The notes below the pieces were generated by a model. It did not search any database and was not told the DNA's origin. It saw nothing but the letters and a program-made list of their open reading frames with translations. Position numbers and translations under genes: made by a program. Shown here piece after piece: positions 22,493 through 31,919 of a stretch of 64,000 nt of DNA. The first letter of the stretch is position 1, and the number at the start of each line of letters is the position of its first letter. The stretch is from Hylemonella sp. (lineage in GTDB: Bacteria > Pseudomonadota > Gammaproteobacteria > Burkholderiales > Burkholderiaceae_C), in the NCBI RefSeq assembly GCF_046299695.1, contig NZ_JBKBHP010000017.1; one strand, 5' to 3'.

Positions 22493-23884
22493 ATGAACAA
22501 ACCCCATCTCCGTGCCCACGCCGGCAACGACAGCGGCTTCAGCTACAGCCGCGACACCTTCGAAGACCTCGTGGACGCCGCGCTGGCACACGCCAAAAAG
22601 CTGGGCGCCACCGATGCCGGGGCCGAGGCCTCCGAAGGCTGCGGGCTGAGCGTCTCGGTGCGCAAGGGTGAGCTGGAGAACGTGGAGCGCAACCGCGACA
22701 AGTCCCTGGGCGTCACGGTCTACCTGGGCCAGCGCCGCGGCAACGCCAGCACCTCCGACTTCTCGCGCGCCGCGATCGAGCAGACCGTGCAGGCGGCCTA
22801 TGACATCGCCCGCTTCACCGCCGAAGACCCGGTGGCCGGCCTGCCCGACGCCGAGGACATCGTGCATCACGACGAGGCCGGCCGCGAGCTCGACCTTTTC
22901 CATCCCTGGGCCATCGCCAGCGAAGAGGCCGCGCAGATTGCACGCCAGACCGAAGCCGCGGCCTTCAAGACCGACAAGCGCATCACCAACAGCGAAGGCG
23001 CTGCCGTCTCGGCCCAGCAGTCACATTTCTTCAGCGCGCACACGCGCGGTTTTCGCGGCGGCTACGCCAGTTCGCGTCATTCCATCTCGGTCTCGCCCAT
23101 TGCGGGCAAGGGCGAGGACATGCAGCGCGACTACTGGTACAGCTCGCACCGCCACCCCGAAGACCTGGCCCTGCCCGAGGCCATCGGCCGCTACGCCGCC
23201 GAGCGGGCGCTCAGCCGCCTCAAGGCGCGCAAGATCAGCACGCGCGAAGTGCCCGTGCTCTTCGAGTCGCCCCTGGCCGCCGGCCTCTTGGGCGCGCTGG
23301 TGCAGGCGCTCAGCGGTGGCGCCCTGTATCGCAAGAGTTCTTTCCTGCTCGACTCCCTGGGGACGCAGGTGCTGCCCAGCCACATCGATGTGCTCGAAGA
23401 CCCCTTCCTGCTGCGCGGCAAGGGCAGCTCACCTTTCGATGAAGAGGGCGTGCGCGTCAAGCCGCGCTCGGTCATCGCGTCCGGCCGCGTCGAAGGCTAT
23501 TTCCTCAGCAGCTACTCGGCCCGCAAGCTGGGCATGAAGACCACAGGCAATGCTGGCGGCTCGCACAACCTGATCCTCAGTTCCAGTCAGACCCGGCCCG
23601 GTGACGACCTCGACGCCATGCTGCAGAAGCTGGGCACGGGCCTCTTCGTGACCGAACTCATGGGCCAGGGCGTGAACTACGTGACCGGCGACTACTCGCG
23701 CGGCGCCAGCGGCTACTGGGTGGAGAAGGGGCGCATCGCCTATCCGGTGCACGAGATCACCATCGCCGGCAATATGAAGGACATGCTCATGGGCATCACG
23801 GCCGTGGGCGCCGATGCCTACAACTACGGCGCCAAGACCGTAGGTTCCATCCTGATCAACCGGATGAAGGTGGCCGGGAGCTGA
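22493..23884 (+). CDS. pmbA: Metalloprotease PmbA/TldE
   Basis: 463 aa. The C-terminal YVTGDYSRGASGYWVEKGRIAYPVHEITIAGN motif is typical of the PmbA/TldD family. Divergent from yjgA, as in enterobacteria. Confidence 0.85.
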   Translation: MNKPHLRAHAGNDSGFSYSRDTFEDLVDAALAHAKKLGATDAGAEASEGCGLSVSVRKGELENVERNRDKSLGVTVYLGQRRGNASTSDFSRAAIEQTVQAAYDIARFTAEDPVAGLPDAEDIVHHDEAGRELDLFHPWAIASEEAAQIARQTEAAAFKTDKRITNSEGAAVSAQQSHFFSAHTRGFRGGYASSRHSISVSPIAGKGEDMQRDYWYSSHRHPEDLALPEAIGRYAAERALSRLKARKISTREVPVLFESPLAAGLLGALVQALSGGALYRKSSFLLDSLGTQVLPSHIDVLEDPFLLRGKGSSPFDEEGVRVKPRSVIASGRVEGYFLSSYSARKLGMKTTGNAGGSHNLILSSSQTRPGDDLDAMLQKLGTGLFVTELMGQGVNYVTGDYSRGASGYWVEKGRIAYPVHEITIAGNMKDMLMGITAVGADAYNYGAKTVGSILINRMKVAGS

Positions 23885-23965
23885 AGCCGACGGCACCTGC
23901 GCGACAGGTGCCTGAGTCCTTGTGCTTTTAGCATCGGTGGGACGTTGTCCAGAGAGGCCCACCCC

Positions 23966-24757
23966 ATGCTTCCATTGCCGCAAGACCTGGCCGATGCCAA
24001 CCTGATCGAGGCCGTGCGCGAGCATGCGCGCTGGCAGGAGCCCTGTACCCTGAGTGAGGAGGGTGGCGTGCTGCTCATGGCCGGCGCCAATGCCTTTCCG
24101 GGCGCCTTCCGCAATTGCGTGCTGCGCGTCGATCCCCATGTGCCGCCGCATAAAGTGCTGGAGCGGGCCCACGCCTTCTTCCGGTCCCCTGGTCGAGGCT
24201 ACACCCTGCTGGCCCGTGCCAGCCGTGACGCCGACCTGATCGAGGTCCTGCAGGCCGTGGGCATGACGCCGCTGGCCGACAGTCCCTGCATGCTGGTCGA
24301 GGCACCGGTAGCCGAGGGTGAGCTGCCGGCGGGCATCCACATCGAAAGCATGAGCGAGTTGCGTCATGTGCAGGATGTGGTGCGCATCAATGCCGAGGCT
24401 TACGAGGCGCTCCGGTTGCCGGCTGCCGAAACGCGGGTGTTTTTCGGCAAGCCGCAGGCCCTGCTGTCACCGCGGGTGCGCGGCTTCGTGGCCTATCGCG
24501 GGGAGGAGCCGGTCTCCACCGCCATGACACTGTTCAGTGGCGCGGGGGCCGGGGTCTACTGGGTGGGCACGGCGGCCAGCGCCCAGCGCATGGGCCTGGC
24601 CGAACTCTGTACCCGGCTCGCCACCAACGCCGGCTTTGCGGCCGGCGCGCGGGCGGTGACGCTGCAGGCCAGCCCGCTGGGCGAGCCCATCTACCGGCGC
24701 ATGGGCTACAGCAACTACGACCGTCAGCTGCGTTTCCGCTTCCCTGCGATCACGTAA
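23966..24757 (+). CDS. GNAT-family N-acetyltransferase (putative)
   Basis: The C-terminal half (GFVAYRGEEPVSTAMTLFSGAGAGVYWVGTAASAQRMGLAELCT) resembles the acetyl-CoA binding core. The track start 23945 is TTG; ATG 23966 has an AGAGAGG RBS. Confidence 0.55.
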   Translation: MLPLPQDLADANLIEAVREHARWQEPCTLSEEGGVLLMAGANAFPGAFRNCVLRVDPHVPPHKVLERAHAFFRSPGRGYTLLARASRDADLIEVLQAVGMTPLADSPCMLVEAPVAEGELPAGIHIESMSELRHVQDVVRINAEAYEALRLPAAETRVFFGKPQALLSPRVRGFVAYRGEEPVSTAMTLFSGAGAGVYWVGTAASAQRMGLAELCTRLATNAGFAAGARAVTLQASPLGEPIYRRMGYSNYDRQLRFRFPAIT

Positions 24758-24766
24758 CAGACGCTC

Positions 24767-24974
24767 AGAACTTGTGAAGAAATCGTAGCGAGCGGCCCGA
24801 GCGCAAGGCGGACGGAGCGCAGCCACCGGAACGTACTTCAGGTACGTGAGGATGGTGACAACGAAGTTGCGGTGAAGGCTGACTTTCGTGCAACGAAAGT
24901 CAAGCGTAGCGGCCGCAACCAGCACCGCCCAACGCCGCGATCGGGTTGCGCAGTAGATTTATTCACAAGTTCTC
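24767..24974. repeat. About 208-bp element bounded by imperfect inverted repeats, with internal hairpins
   Basis: AGAACTTGTGAAGAAATCGTAGCG (24767-24790) versus the reverse complement of CGCAGTAGATTTATTCACAAGTTCT (24948-24974). Internal hairpins ACGTACTTCAGGTACGT and GACTTTCGTGCAACGAAAGTC. Confidence 0.55.
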
Positions 24975-25926
24975 AATCCAGCTTGATCTGGGCCTCGTTC
25001 ACCACGGCCTGCCAGCGTGCGCGTTCCTTGTTGAAGAACTGGTCTTGTTCTTCGGGGCTCATGGTCACGACCTCGGCGCCCTGGGCGGTCAGGCGGCTGC
25101 GTACTTCGGGGCTGCGGATCACCTGCACCAGGGCCGCGTTGAGCTTGTCGACCGTGGCCTTGGGCGTGCCGGCGGGCACGAGCACGCCCTGCCAGGTGCC
25201 CGATTCGAAACCGGTCAGGCCCTGCTCGGCCAGCGTAGGCATGTTGGCCACCAGAGGCATGCGCGTGCCTTTGGAGATGGCCAGCACCTTGAGCTTGCCG
25301 CTCTGCACATGGGGCAGGGTGGCGAGCATGCCATTCATGGTGACCTGGGTCTGGCCCGCGATGGTGTCGGTCACGGCCTGCACGCCGCCCTTGTAAGGGA
25401 TGTAGGACCAGTTCGCGCCGCTGGCGCGTTGCACCGACACGCCCGCGAGGTGCGGCGCGCTGCCCATGGCCGTGACGGCGAAGTTGAGCTCCGACTTCTT
25501 CGACAGCTCCACGAGCTCCTTGAGGTTGTTGGCCGGCACCGAGGGGTGGACCACCAGCATGTGCGGCGAATAGGCCAGCATGGTCACACCACGCAGGTCT
25601 TTGGATGGGTCGAAGGGCAGCTTGTAGATCGAGGGGCTGATGGCCAGGGCGCCGGTGTCGCACAGCAGCAGGGTCAGGCCGTCGGCCTTGGACTTGGCCA
25701 CCAGGTCGGCGCCCAGGTTGCCGTTGGCACCGGCGCGGTTCTCCACGATCACGGGCTGCTTGAGCGCGTCGGACAGGGGCTGGCTGATGGCGCGCGCGAT
25801 GATGTCGGACGAGCCGCCGGGCGGGTAGGGCACGACGATCTTGATCGGGCCGCTCTGGGCGGCGGCGCCCAGGCTCAGGGCCGCGAACAGCGCGCCGAGC
25901 CAGGTCTTGCGGAATGTGGACAGCAT
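24973..25926 (-). CDS. Bug-family (tripartite tricarboxylate transporter TctC-like) periplasmic binding protein
   Basis: 317 aa. Signal peptide, then IKIVVPYPPGGSSDIIAR...YIPYKGG, hallmark Bug motifs. Confidence 0.85.
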   Translation of the reverse strand: MLSTFRKTWLGALFAALSLGAAAQSGPIKIVVPYPPGGSSDIIARAISQPLSDALKQPVIVENRAGANGNLGADLVAKSKADGLTLLLCDTGALAISPSIYKLPFDPSKDLRGVTMLAYSPHMLVVHPSVPANNLKELVELSKKSELNFAVTAMGSAPHLAGVSVQRASGANWSYIPYKGGVQAVTDTIAGQTQVTMNGMLATLPHVQSGKLKVLAISKGTRMPLVANMPTLAEQGLTGFESGTWQGVLVPAGTPKATVDKLNAALVQVIRSPEVRSRLTAQGAEVVTMSPEEQDQFFNKERARWQAVVNEAQIKLD

Positions 25927-25973
25927 GGGAGTCTCCTTGTTGACGATTGAAATTTTTGTGTCTGACCGGACGC

Positions 25974-27536
25974 TCAAGTGACCGGAGCCGGGTTGAACAG
26001 CACCAGCGCGTTGTGCAGCTTCCACTGCTCGGCCCAGGTCTTCTTCCTGCCGCTGGCCACGTCGAGCAGCAGGCGGAAGAGCTCCCAGCCGGCTTCCTCG
26101 ATGTCGATCTCGCCGTCAGCCACACGGCCGGCGTTCATGTCCATGAGGTCGTGCCAACGGCGGGCCAGTTCGGTGCGCGTGGCCACCTTGATCACCGGGC
26201 ATTCGGCCAGGCCGTAGGGGGTGCCGCGACCGGTGGTGAAGACGTGCAGGTTCATGCCCGCGGCCAGCTGCAGCGTGCCGCAGATGAAGTCGCTCGCGGG
26301 TGTGGCGGCGTAGACCAGGCCGCGCTGTTCGCGGCTCAGCTTGTTGCCGGGCGAGAGCACGTGGGCGATGGGGGCGGTGCCGCTCTTGATGATGGAGCCC
26401 ATGGCCTTCTCGACGATGTTCGAGAGGCCGCCGGCCTTGTTGCCCGGTGTGGTGTTGGCGGCGCGGTCCACACGGCCGCGCTCCAGGTACTGGTCGTACC
26501 AGCCGAGTTCGCGCACGATGGCCTCGGCGATCTCGGGCGTGACGGCACGGCTGGTGAGCTGCTCCACGGCGTCGCGCACCTCGGTGTTTTCGCTGAACAT
26601 GATGGTGGCACCGGCGCGCACCAGCAGGTCGGCCATGTAACCGACGGCCGGGTTGGCGGTGACCCCGCTGAAGGCGTCGCTGCCGCCGCACTGCACGCCC
26701 ACCACCAGCTCGCTGGCGGGCACGGTCTCACGGCGGCGCGCATTCAGGCGCTTGAGGTGCACGTCAGCCTGCGCGACGACGTGGTCGATCATGCTCATGA
26801 AACCCACATGCGCGCTGTCTTGTAAGCAAACCACGTCGAGTGCAGTTTCCTTGCCGTCACCGCTGATCGGGATGCTGCCCGGGGGCAGCAGACGCTCGGG
26901 CTGCAGCTTCTCGCAGCCCAGGCTGACCACCATGACCTCACCGCCGAAGTTGGGGTTGAGGCTGATGTTGCGCAGGGTGCGGATCGGAATCGGCGCCTCG
27001 GGTGCATCGATGGCCACGCCGCAGCCATAGGTGTGTTCCAGGCCCACGACACCGTCCACGTTGGGGTACTTGGGCAGCAGTTCCTTGCGGATGCGTTCGA
27101 CCGCGATCTCGACGACACCGGCCACGCACTGCACCGTGGTGGTGATGGCCAGCAGATTGCGTGTGCCCACCGAACCGTCGGCGTTGCGGTAGCCCTCGAA
27201 GGTGTAGCCCTCCAGCGGGGCCAGCGGCGCCGGCTTGACGGTGGCCATGGGCAGGCCCTGCAGCTCGCGCGCAGCCGGCATGTCCAGCAGGCGTTCGTGC
27301 ACCCAGCTGCCCGCGGCGATGGCCGTCCTGGCGTAACCGATGGGCACACCGTAGCGCAGCACGGCCGCACCGGCCGCGATGTCGACCAGCGCGACCTTGT
27401 GCGCCTGCGGCACCTTGTCGCGCAGGGTGATGCCTTCGGCGGGCAGGATCGTGCCGGCCGGCAGGCCGCCCTCGTTGGCGACGATGGCCACGTTGTCCGT
27501 GGCCTGCATGCGGATGATGATGGGCTGGGTACTCAT
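25974..27536 (-). CDS. garD: Galactarate dehydratase (UxaA/GarD family)
   Basis: 520 aa. SAF N-terminal domain (DNVAIV...AGT) and the UxaA C-terminal domain. Lies in a glucarate/galactarate cluster. Confidence 0.8.
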   Translation of the reverse strand: MSTQPIIIRMQATDNVAIVANEGGLPAGTILPAEGITLRDKVPQAHKVALVDIAAGAAVLRYGVPIGYARTAIAAGSWVHERLLDMPAARELQGLPMATVKPAPLAPLEGYTFEGYRNADGSVGTRNLLAITTTVQCVAGVVEIAVERIRKELLPKYPNVDGVVGLEHTYGCGVAIDAPEAPIPIRTLRNISLNPNFGGEVMVVSLGCEKLQPERLLPPGSIPISGDGKETALDVVCLQDSAHVGFMSMIDHVVAQADVHLKRLNARRRETVPASELVVGVQCGGSDAFSGVTANPAVGYMADLLVRAGATIMFSENTEVRDAVEQLTSRAVTPEIAEAIVRELGWYDQYLERGRVDRAANTTPGNKAGGLSNIVEKAMGSIIKSGTAPIAHVLSPGNKLSREQRGLVYAATPASDFICGTLQLAAGMNLHVFTTGRGTPYGLAECPVIKVATRTELARRWHDLMDMNAGRVADGEIDIEEAGWELFRLLLDVASGRKKTWAEQWKLHNALVLFNPAPVT

Positions 27537-27637
27537 GTCTGGATCGGGTGTCGTCCGCGCGGCGGAGGTCGGGGCCGGGAAACGGTGGCGGGGAGCGGAT
27601 CGGCTACAGTGCTGTTACGACTTGCATTTTGTCGTAT

Positions 27638-27650
27638 GTTGTCATACAAC
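27638..27650. promoter_or_regulatory. Candidate GntR/FadR-type operator in the garD / regulator divergent promoter
   Basis: GTTGTCATACAAC, a palindromic GTTGT...ACAAC of the GT-N-AC type. The related motif GTTGTATGA..GACAAC occurs upstream of kdgD. Confidence 0.3.
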
Positions 27651-27706
27651 TATCTTCAAGCTTCGTCCTCAAGATGTCAATTGCCAGAAAGCAAGGGTAA
27701 ACCCTA

Positions 27707-28453
27707 ATGAGTGCATCGTTGTCGCTGCCTGCGCGTCGTCGTCCCCGCACCCTGGCGCTGGAGCTCGTGGAGTCGCTGGGTGACCGCATCCGCGACGGGC
27801 GCATCGCCCCGGGAGACAAGCTGCCCACGGAGGCGGCCATCATGGAGGAGTTCGGCGTCAGCCGCACCGTGGTGCGGGAAGCCATCTCCAAGCTGCAGGC
27901 CTCGGGGCTGGTCGAGACGCGCCACGGCATCGGCACCTTCGTCGTCGGGCTCGGTGACGGCGCGGCCTTTCGCATCGCGCCCGAGCAGATGGGCACGCTG
28001 CACGACGTGATCGCCGTGCTGGAGTTGCGCATCGGCCTCGAGACCGAGGCGGCAGCCCTGGCCGCCCTGCGGCGCACGCCCGAGAACCTGGTCCAGATGC
28101 GCTCGGCGCTGGACGCCTTTTCCGCCGCGCTGGCCCAGGGGCGCGACGCCGTGGGACCCGACTTCCAGTTCCATCTCGAAGTGGCGCGCGCGACCCAGAA
28201 CCCGCATTTCGCCGAGCTCATGGGCACGCTGGGGGCCATGATCATCCCGCGTGCGCGCCTCGGGGCGGAGGCGGGGGCGCAGGACGCCCAGCGCAGCTAC
28301 CTGCAGCGGGCCAACGCCGAGCACGAAAACATCTACGACGCGATTGCCGGCCAGGATGTCGAGGCCGCCCGCGCGGCCATGCGCACCCATTTGGCCAACA
28401 GCCGCGAGCGCCGCCGCCGCGCCGCCGGCCTGTTGCCACAAACCGGCAAGTAA
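27707..28453 (+). CDS. GntR/FadR-family regulator (FCD domain), likely regulator of the glucarate cluster
   Basis: LPTEAAIMEEFGVSRTVVREAISKLQASGLVETRHGIGTFV HTH plus an FCD helical domain. Confidence 0.85.
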   Translation: MSASLSLPARRRPRTLALELVESLGDRIRDGRIAPGDKLPTEAAIMEEFGVSRTVVREAISKLQASGLVETRHGIGTFVVGLGDGAAFRIAPEQMGTLHDVIAVLELRIGLETEAAALAALRRTPENLVQMRSALDAFSAALAQGRDAVGPDFQFHLEVARATQNPHFAELMGTLGAMIIPRARLGAEAGAQDAQRSYLQRANAEHENIYDAIAGQDVEAARAAMRTHLANSRERRRRAAGLLPQTGK

Positions 28454-28508
28454 GCGGTCCCTGACCCGTTTCCAAGCAGCTTGCTCGGGTTTGACAACCG
28501 TATCTGAT

Positions 28509-28528
28509 GTTGTATGATGACTGACAAC
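28509..28528. promoter_or_regulatory. Candidate second operator for the same GntR/FadR regulator, upstream of kdgD
   Basis: GTTGTATGATGACTGACAAC shares GTTGTATGA and GACAAC with the reverse complement of the 27638 site. Confidence 0.25.
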
Positions 28529-28589
28529 AAATTCAGGGACGGCCCCATCCAGCCGTCGCTTCCCCACCCGCCGATTCCACAGGAGCCCC

Positions 28590-29501
28590 ATGAATCCGCA
28601 AGAACTCAAATCCATCATGTCCCAGGGTCTGCTGTCGTTCCCGCTGACGGACTTCGACGCCCAGGGCGACTTCAACGCCCAGGCCTATGCGGCCCGGCTG
28701 GAATGGCTGGCTCCGTATGGCGCCAGCGCACTGTTTGCGGCCGGCGGCACGGGGGAGTTTTTCTCGCTCACGGCCGATGAGTTTCCGAAGATCATCAAGA
28801 CCGCGGTCGACACCTGCCGCGGCAAGGTGCCCATCATCGCCGGCGCCGGCGGCCCGACCCGCTTTGCCATCCAGTGTGCGCAGGAGGCCGAGCGCGCCGG
28901 TGCCCATGGCATCCTGCTGCTGCCGCACTACCTGACCGAGGCCGGCCAGGAGGGTCTGATCGCCCACGTGGAGCAGGTCTGCAAGAGCGTGAAGTTCGGC
29001 GTCATCGTCTACAACCGCAACGTCTGCCGCCTCACGCCCGAATCGCTCGCCATCCTGGCCGAGCGCTGCCCCAACCTGATCGGCTTCAAGGACGGCATCG
29101 GCGACATCGAACTCATGTCGTCCATCTACATGCACATGGGCGACCGTTTCGCCTACCTCGGCGGCCTGCCTACGGCCGAGGTCTATGCCGCGGCCTACAA
29201 GGCCCTGGGTACGCCGGTCTATTCCTCCGCGGTGTTCAACTTCATCCCGAAGACCGCGATGGATTTCTACCACGCGGTCGCGAAGGACGACATGGCCACG
29301 CAGCACCGTCTGCTGCGCGACTTCTTCATGCCCTATCTGAAGATCCGCAACAAGGGCCACGGCTATGCCGTGAGCATCGTCAAGGCCGGCGCCAAGCTTG
29401 TGGGCCACGACGCCGGCCCCGTGCGCGCACCGCTCACCGACCTCAAGCCCGACGAGATGGACGAACTCGCCGCGCTGATCAAGAAGCTGGGTCCCCAGTA
29501 A
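28590..29501 (+). CDS. kdgD: 5-dehydro-4-deoxyglucarate dehydratase
   Basis: 303 aa DHDPS-family protein. [16 protein letters not shown]...[12 protein letters not shown] is typical of KdgD. AGGAG RBS. Confidence 0.85.
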   Translation: MNPQELKSIMSQGLLSFPLTDFDAQGDFNAQAYAARLEWLAPYGASALFAAGGTGEFFSLTADEFPKIIKTAVDTCRGKVPIIAGAGGPTRFAIQCAQEAERAGAHGILLLPHYLTEAGQEGLIAHVEQVCKSVKFGVIVYNRNVCRLTPESLAILAERCPNLIGFKDGIGDIELMSSIYMHMGDRFAYLGGLPTAEVYAAAYKALGTPVYSSAVFNFIPKTAMDFYHAVAKDDMATQHRLLRDFFMPYLKIRNKGHGYAVSIVKAGAKLVGHDAGPVRAPLTDLKPDEMDELAALIKKLGPQ

Positions 29502-29544
29502 AGACGTCCGCTTTTCCATTCTTACAACCATGAAGGAGATGACC

Positions 29545-30498
29545 ATGAAGAAGTTGCTGACCACCCTGACGCTGGCGGCCGCCGCCTGCAGTGCCTGGGC
29601 CTGGCCCGACAAACCGGTGACCCTGCTCGTGCCCTTCCCGCCAGGTGGCTCGACCGACCAGATCGCGCGCATCCTGGCGCCCAAGTTGCAGGAGAAGCTC
29701 GGCGGCACTTTCGTCGTCGACAACAAGGCCGGTGCCACCGGCACCATCGGCGCCAGCCAGGTGGCGCGCTCGGCCCCTGACGGCCACACCCTGCTGGTGG
29801 CTTCGCTCGGTCCCTATGTGATCGCCCCGCACCTGATCGCCAAGGTGCCCTACAACGCGCTGACCGACTTCGATTACATCAGCGTGGCCGTGCAGGCGCC
29901 CAATGTGTTCGTGGTGCCGGCGGCTTCTCCGTTCAAGACCATGGCGGACGTGATGGCCTACCAGAAAGCCCATCCCGGCAAGATGAGCTTCGCCTCCTCG
30001 GGCAACGGCAGCAGCGACCACCTGACAGCCGAGCTGTACTGGCAGCAGACCGGTACCACCGGCGTGCATATTCCCTACAAGGGCGGCGGCCCGGTGATGA
30101 ACGATCTGTTGGGCAACCAGGTGGATTCGTCCTTCATGAACATCAATACCGCCATGCCGCAGATCACCGCAGGCAAGCTGCGTGCCCTGTCCATCACCAG
30201 CGCCCAGCGTTCGCCGCTGCTGCCCAATGTGCCCACGCTGGAAGAGCTGGGCATCAAGGATGCCAACGTCTATTCCTGGCAGGCCGTCGCTGCGCCCAAG
30301 GGCCTGCCCGCCGACATCAAGGCCAAGTTGCACGCGGCCATCGTGTCGACCATGAACGATCCGGCGATCAAGTCCAAGTTGCTGGATGTCGGTTTCGAGA
30401 TCGTGGCCAACACACCGGCGCAGTTCACGGCCTTCCAGGCGGCGGAGTTCGCCCGCTGGAAGAACCTCATCACCAGCCGCAAGATCTCGGCTGACTGA
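29545..30498 (+). CDS. Bug-family (TctC-like) periplasmic binding protein
   Basis: [19 protein letters not shown] signal, then [14 protein letters not shown]...[18 protein letters not shown] 6 nt before ATG 29545 (the track start is 29530). Confidence 0.85.
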   Translation: MKKLLTTLTLAAAACSAWAWPDKPVTLLVPFPPGGSTDQIARILAPKLQEKLGGTFVVDNKAGATGTIGASQVARSAPDGHTLLVASLGPYVIAPHLIAKVPYNALTDFDYISVAVQAPNVFVVPAASPFKTMADVMAYQKAHPGKMSFASSGNGSSDHLTAELYWQQTGTTGVHIPYKGGGPVMNDLLGNQVDSSFMNINTAMPQITAGKLRALSITSAQRSPLLPNVPTLEELGIKDANVYSWQAVAAPKGLPADIKAKLHAAIVSTMNDPAIKSKLLDVGFEIVANTPAQFTAFQAAEFARWKNLITSRKISAD

Positions 30499-30566
30499 TC
30501 ACGGTCCCATGCCCGCCCCGGCTCGAAAAGCCCGGGCGGGTCGGTTTTCGCCTTACGCTACCGTCC

Positions 30567-31901
30567 ATGCCCAACGCCTCGACCCCCGTCGTCACCGAGC
30601 TGCGCGTCATCCCCGTCGCGGGCCGTGACGGCATGTTGCTCAACCTCAGCGGCGCGCATGCGCCTTTCTTCACCCGCAACCTGCTGATCCTGCGCGACAG
30701 CGCCGGCCATACCGGCGTGGGCGAAGTGCCCGGTGGCGAGAAGATCCGCCAGACCCTCGAAGACGCGCGAGCGCTCGTCGTGGGCCAGCCCATCGGCGCG
30801 CACCAGCGCGTGCTGCAGCAGGTGCAGCAGACGTTCGCCGACCGCGACGCCGGCGGCCGCGGCCTGCAGACCTTTGACCTGCGCATCGCCATCCACGCCG
30901 TGACCGCCATCGAGTCCGCCTTGCTGGACCTGCTGGGCCAGCACCTGGAGGTGCCCGTGGCGGCGCTGCTGGGTGAGGGGCAGCAGCGGGAGTCCGTGGA
31001 GATGCTGGGCTATCTCTTCTTCGTCGGTGATCGCAGGAAAACCGACCTGCCCTACGCGAGCGAGCCCGACGCGGACAACGACTGGTTCCGCCTGCGCCAC
31101 GAAGAGGCCATGACGCCCGAGGCCATCGTGCGCCTGGCCGAGGCCGCCTACGCACGTTACGGCTTCAACGATTTCAAGCTCAAGGGCGGTGTGCTGCGCG
31201 GCGACGAGGAAGTCGATGCCGTGACCGCACTGCACGAGCGTTTCCCGCAGGCGCGTGTGACGCTGGACCCGAACGGCGGCTGGCTGCTCAAGGACGCGAT
31301 CCGCCTGGGCCAGCGCATGCGCGGTGTGGTGGCCTACGCGGAAGACCCGTGTGGCGCCGAAGACGGCTTCAGCGGCCGCGAGGTCATGGCCGAGTTCCGC
31401 CGTGCCACCGGCCTGCCGACCGCGACCAACATGATCGCCACCGACTGGCGCCAGCTGGCGCACGCGCTGGCGCTGCAGAGCGTGGACATTCCGCTGGCCG
31501 ATCCGCATTTCTGGACCATGGCCGGCTCCGTTCGCGTGGCCCAGACCTGCCGCGACTGGGGCCTGACCTGGGGCTCGCATTCCAACAACCACTTCGACGT
31601 CTCGCTGGCCATGTTCACCCACGTCGGTGCCGCGGCGCCGGGCAAGGTGACGGCCATCGACACGCACTGGATCTGGCAGGACGGCCAGCGCCTGACCAAG
31701 GACCCGCTGAAGATCGTCGGCGGCCACGTGCAGGTGCCCAAGAAGCCGGGCCTCGGTGTCGAGCTCGACATGGCCGAGGTGGAGAAGGCGCACCAGCGCT
31801 ACCTGCAACACGGCCTGGGCGCGCGCAACGACGCCATGGCCATGCAGTACCTCATCCCCGGCTGGACCTTCGACCCCAAGCGTCCCTGCCTGGTGCGCTG
31901 A
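30567..31901 (+). CDS. gudD: Glucarate dehydratase (enolase superfamily)
   Basis: 444 aa. The N-terminus [33 protein letters not shown] closely follows the GudD pattern. Confidence 0.85.
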   Translation: MPNASTPVVTELRVIPVAGRDGMLLNLSGAHAPFFTRNLLILRDSAGHTGVGEVPGGEKIRQTLEDARALVVGQPIGAHQRVLQQVQQTFADRDAGGRGLQTFDLRIAIHAVTAIESALLDLLGQHLEVPVAALLGEGQQRESVEMLGYLFFVGDRRKTDLPYASEPDADNDWFRLRHEEAMTPEAIVRLAEAAYARYGFNDFKLKGGVLRGDEEVDAVTALHERFPQARVTLDPNGGWLLKDAIRLGQRMRGVVAYAEDPCGAEDGFSGREVMAEFRRATGLPTATNMIATDWRQLAHALALQSVDIPLADPHFWTMAGSVRVAQTCRDWGLTWGSHSNNHFDVSLAMFTHVGAAAPGKVTAIDTHWIWQDGQRLTKDPLKIVGGHVQVPKKPGLGVELDMAEVEKAHQRYLQHGLGARNDAMAMQYLIPGWTFDPKRPCLVR

Positions 31902-31919
31902 ACCTGGACAGAAACTTTC

